DNA of 64,000 nucleotides from Candidatus Heimdallarchaeota archaeon (GTDB lineage Archaea; Asgardarchaeota; Heimdallarchaeia; Heimdallarchaeales; Heimdallarchaeaceae): NCBI GenBank assembly GCA_018238545.1, contig JABCTC010000018.1, positions 1 to 64,000 of the forward strand, read 5' to 3'. Shown piece by piece: positions 60,244 to 64,000 of this stretch (position 1 is its first letter; each line of letters starts with the position of its first letter). The notes under the pieces were generated by a model. It saw only the letters and a program-made list of their open reading frames with translations, ran no database searches and was not told where the DNA came from. The position numbers and the translations under genes were made by a program.

Positions 60244-61584
60244 CTAATTTAAAAAATCTTCCTCGAAGGTTCTTTGTATTCTCCTGAGTTTCTTATCAAA
60301 ATCTTGTTTGAGAGATACATATCGAAAATCTAATTCAGGCATTTTACTGTCATGTTTAGAAAAAATTCTTTCCAAACTCTGTTGAATAGTTCTTTCTATT
60401 TCTTTCTTAACGAGTTTTTTTGCATTAGCAACTAACTGAAGATTGATTGTCAGATTTTCAGGTGAAGTTTGTATCGCATTATATTCCTCAATACTTTCTG
60501 AGGAACTGATTATAGATCTACGAATGTAATCAGGTAAGATAAATTGTAGTTCATCACTACCGATTTTTTTACCAAGGATGATGTCATCTGCTCGACCATG
60601 AACCTCTTTGATTACACGGAATTTAGAACCGCAAGAGCAAGGTTCTGGATCTATAGTTAGTAAATCATTAAGCTTGTATCTGATAATTGGCGTCTTGCGT
60701 TTAATGAAATCAGTTACAACAACAAAACCAGGTTTCCCAGGTTCAACAGGTTCATTATTCTTATCTAGAACTTCAACTAAAGTTGTGTCTTCATTAATGT
60801 GCAATTTTCCATCCTTGCAGGGTAGAGCAATAAAACTTTCTGAGGATTTGTAGACTTCCACAACTGAACAATTGAAATCTTTCTCTACGATTTTCTTCAC
60901 GTTTGATGAGAGCACTTCTCCATAGGAGATAATCAATAATGGAGACACTTTCAATGATCCTTCCTTCTTTGCTCTTGCTAAAACTTGCAAAACGGAAGGA
61001 GGTCCTGAGAGTAAATTTGGATTAAGTGCATTTAGTTTTTTAACAATAGCTTCTATCGTATCTAAAGGGCTTACGTAAGTTATACGGATTTTCCTCCCAT
61101 CATGACCAAAACCAGGAGAGAAAACACGAAGAATAAAGGCAAGGTGAATTTTTCTTGTTTTAGGAAAAGGAAATCTAAAGAAAACTAACAATTGCATCAA
61201 AAAAGCTTCCATTTTAGAAACAAACTCGAGACCCCTATTACCACTTGTACCTGTTGACATGCCCACTAAATAGCCTCTGTAGTATTCACTAAAGTCACGA
61301 CTTTGTTCTTTTTCTAGACAATGATCAATACACTCTTCTCTTGTTAATCCTACAGTATTCAACTGAGTAAAATTATCCATGAAAAGCTGTTTATTAATAA
61401 AAGGTAAATTACTGAAATCAGTTAAATCATAATTATTGTAGAAAGTAGAATAAAACTTTGATTTCTTGCTTGCATAGTGTATCAATTTCTTAGTTTGTTT
61501 CCTTTGATATCTCTTAATTTTCTCTTCATCCCAGCTCTTAAACCGACTGTTAACTCTCCACAGGAATCTCAAAGGATTGAACAT
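60244..61584 (-). CDS. Adenylate-forming enzyme (phenylacetate-CoA ligase / F390 synthetase-like)
   Basis: STGTSGNRG, EVYKSSE, PIIRYKLND, CSCG and GRADD. Confidence 0.85.
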   Translation of the reverse strand: MFNPLRFLWRVNSRFKSWDEEKIKRYQRKQTKKLIHYASKKSKFYSTFYNNYDLTDFSNLPFINKQLFMDNFTQLNTVGLTREECIDHCLEKEQSRDFSEYYRGYLVGMSTGTSGNRGLEFVSKMEAFLMQLLVFFRFPFPKTRKIHLAFILRVFSPGFGHDGRKIRITYVSPLDTIEAIVKKLNALNPNLLSGPPSVLQVLARAKKEGSLKVSPLLIISYGEVLSSNVKKIVEKDFNCSVVEVYKSSESFIALPCKDGKLHINEDTTLVEVLDKNNEPVEPGKPGFVVVTDFIKRKTPIIRYKLNDLLTIDPEPCSCGSKFRVIKEVHGRADDIILGKKIGSDELQFILPDYIRRSIISSSESIEEYNAIQTSPENLTINLQLVANAKKLVKKEIERTIQQSLERIFSKHDSKMPELDFRYVSLKQDFDKKLRRIQRTFEEDFLN

Positions 61585-61651
61585 ATTACACAGCTCAAAT
61601 CATCCAATATATCAATTCCGTTTGGATTAAAAAAAGGAAATAAAGGAAGAA

Positions 61652-63430
61652 TTACTTCTTCTTGGTTTTAGGTTTAGCTGTAGATTTCATCTTACTGTTA
61701 ATAAGAGTAATAGTTAACAAGAAAAATATCAGTTGTGAACCTAAAACAATTCCAGAAAAGATTAGTAACTCACCAATTTCGAGTGAAGCGAAGATACCAG
61801 TAGAAGTTTCTTCTATAACTTCAACAAACTCAACATTAGAGACAAGACTGTCTCCGTATTCATTTATAGCTACAATGGCGTAATAATAGTAACCGGTTGC
61901 ATTAACAGTATCAGTATAAGATGCAGTAGTAGAAGTATCTATTGGTGTTAATCCTGAAACTGAGGAGAATTGAGATGTTTCTCTAAATATTTCATAATTT
62001 GTTGCATCTTGTACTGATGACCAGCTCAAAAAAATATTTCCAACAGAGATAGGGTTTGGATTTATCTCATCTAAGACGGGTTGTATAGGAGTTCCTACGA
62101 ATTTCTTGTAGAAAAGATCATTATCTGCACCTGAACCTAATAAACTTGGATCATTATCGAGGAAAATCGTATGCACATGACCTAAAGAATCAACTGCTAA
62201 ATCTGGGTAGAAAGAACTAGCTATGTGGTTGTAAGTAAGAATAGCTAAAGAAGACCAAGTGTGTGTATTTAAATCAAGATACTTGAATAAGATATTATTA
62301 CCTGTACCTCCTCCACCAACATCTGTAGTATCTTCCCAAATAACATAAATACTATTTGTACCGTCAACATCAACTTCTGGACGAAAAGCAGTTCCTGTAC
62401 TCTCTGTTGAAACAATGTCTGATATTGACCATGAATCAAGACTGGAGTCATAGCTCTTATAGAAAATATCAGCGTCAGTTCCTGCTCCTTCATAATCTGA
62501 ATAGTCGTACCAAACAATGTGAATCATACCATCTACTCCTTTAGAAAGACTAGGTGATGCAGATGTGCTATCACTTTCGGAACTTATTAATTTTAAAGGA
62601 GACCAAGTAATGAGATCTTTGTCCAGTTGTCGATAAAATACATCTTGGTCAGTACCAGCTCCTAAAACATCTGAGAGATCATTCCAAGCTATTATTACGT
62701 TTTCTTGTGAATCAAGTTGTATTTCTGGATTATATGCAGATTGTATACTTAAATCCGTAACTATTTCAGCTGCGGACCAAATCCCTACTGCAGATCTATG
62801 TTTGTAATAAATATCTTGATCCCCATCAACGATTATGATATCTGCAAAATCCTCCCAAACAACATGTGTTACACCATTTGAATCAGCTACTATCGATACG
62901 TAAGTAGATGTACTGTCACTTTCTACTGAAACAAGTTCAACTGCTCCCCATCCAGAAGAAGTTTTTCCCCTATAACAGATATCTCTATCAGGACCTGATC
63001 CCAAAATATCATCTGATTCAAGCCATACTATATGTATTGAGCCTGCTGAATCAATAGCAATTTCAGACACTTCAGAAAAACTTGAACTACCAGTTGATAC
63101 AAGTTCTAGTTCAGACCAGCTCTTAGTTACATAATCAAATTTCTTATAAAACACGTCTAAGTCAGTTCCTGCACTCAGAATATCTTCACCTGAGGAGGTT
63201 ACTATGTGTATATCATTTCTGTTATCAACAGCGATTCTAGAATAAGAATTAGGTGTATCAAATTCTGTGGAAATTAGTTCCAGTGGTTCCCACCACCAAG
63301 AAGATAGATCTTTGTTATTTACAGATTGTTCTGTCATATTCTCATATATCATTGAGTTTGTTAACGAAGATATTGGAATTATCATTAACAACATTATCAT
63401 AAAAATACTAGCAATTCTTTTCAATTTCAC
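61652..63430 (-). CDS. Type-I membrane protein: 7-blade beta-propeller + fibronectin type III + TM + Lys tail
   Basis: Signal peptide, seven ~60-aa repeats (I.VDS.G.IHIVW.D..D..G.G.D.DIFYK), LSWSSV..NYEIFR..YYYAIVAINEYG and a TM helix. Confidence 0.82.
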   Translation of the reverse strand: MKLKRIASIFMIMLLMIIPISSLTNSMIYENMTEQSVNNKDLSSWWWEPLELISTEFDTPNSYSRIAVDNRNDIHIVTSSGEDILSAGTDLDVFYKKFDYVTKSWSELELVSTGSSSFSEVSEIAIDSAGSIHIVWLESDDILGSGPDRDICYRGKTSSGWGAVELVSVESDSTSTYVSIVADSNGVTHVVWEDFADIIIVDGDQDIYYKHRSAVGIWSAAEIVTDLSIQSAYNPEIQLDSQENVIIAWNDLSDVLGAGTDQDVFYRQLDKDLITWSPLKLISSESDSTSASPSLSKGVDGMIHIVWYDYSDYEGAGTDADIFYKSYDSSLDSWSISDIVSTESTGTAFRPEVDVDGTNSIYVIWEDTTDVGGGGTGNNILFKYLDLNTHTWSSLAILTYNHIASSFYPDLAVDSLGHVHTIFLDNDPSLLGSGADNDLFYKKFVGTPIQPVLDEINPNPISVGNIFLSWSSVQDATNYEIFRETSQFSSVSGLTPIDTSTTASYTDTVNATGYYYYAIVAINEYGDSLVSNVEFVEVIEETSTGIFASLEIGELLIFSGIVLGSQLIFFLLTITLINSKMKSTAKPKTKKK

Positions 63431-63600
63431 TGAAGTTCACCAAATACAACTGTAATGTTCTTAATCTATAAATATTCTGCTAACCTTTAAGGATAAAATT
63501 CCATTAAAAAATCAAAACATCAGAATAAAACCATTCAATGATTAGATTGAAAGTATTATTTTATATTGTAAAACAAAAGGAAAAATGAAAAGAAGAAGAA

Positions 63601-64000
63601 TTACTTTTTCTTCTTTCCTGTTTTAGGTTTGGACGTAGATTGAATTTTACTATTAATAAGAGTAATAGTTAGCAAGAAAAATATCAGTTGTAAGCCTAGA
63701 ACAATTCCAGAAAAGATTAGTAACTCGCCAATTCCGAGTGAAGAAAAGATACCTGTAGAAGTTTCTTCTATGACTTCAACAAACTCAACATTTGAGACAA
63801 GGCTTTCTCCGTATTCATTTGTCGCTACTACAGCGTAATAATAGTACCCGGTGGCATTAACAGTGTCAGTATAAGATGTTAATGTAGAAGTGTCTATTGC
63901 CGTCAATCCTGAAACTGAGGAGAATTGAGATGTTTCTCGATATATTTCATAATTTATTACATCTTTTGCTGATGACCAGCTCAAAGAAATATTTCCAATA
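63601..64000 (-). CDS. C-terminal FN3-TM part of a tandem paralog of 61652-63430 (5'-partial)
   Basis: Near-identical to 61652-62050 at DNA and protein level. Frame open to the window edge. Confidence 0.85.
   Translation of the reverse strand, partial: IGNISLSWSSAKDVINYEIYRETSQFSSVSGLTAIDTSTLTSYTDTVNATGYYYYAVVATNEYGESLVSNVEFVEVIEETSTGIFSSLGIGELLIFSGIVLGLQLIFFLLTITLINSKIQSTSKPKTGKKKK

Noticed and set aside
1-64000. tRNA or rRNA genes
   Set aside because: No GC-rich cloverleaf/T-loop or rRNA-like segment seen in any intergenic region by eye. A tRNAscan-SE run would confirm.

Overview
AT-rich archaeal chromosome segment, most likely an Asgard archaeon of Heimdallarchaeia type. This is inferred from longin- and roadblock-like genes, a methanogen-type SerRS, a tungsten AOR, TATA-box/leaderless starts and large Ca-repeat surface proteins. 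Housekeeping and metabolic genes include type-2 serS, ltaE, a bacterial-type pgk, aor with a ferredoxin and MoaD/SAMP, an intein-containing UDP-glucose dehydrogenase, a beta-CASP RNase and an HD hydrolase. There are two inverted paralogous operons, each a giant FtsX/MacB-type permease plus a double-ATPase. A PadR-regulated heterodimeric ABC exporter is preceded by a structured non-coding element. The window also has a solo TnpB element with a structured 3' omega-RNA, several surface proteins, and at least five truncated or broken gene remnants. The most striking item is ORF 12049-12927. It reads like a eukaryotic WAVE/WASH-type actin nucleation-promoting factor: BRK1/CCDC53-like N-terminal coiled coil, Pro/Ala linker, two WH2-like motifs, a central amphipathic-basic helix and an acidic DDDEDEEDDF tract. 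No tRNA, rRNA or CRISPR array was seen. All family assignments come from motif recognition by eye, not database searches.
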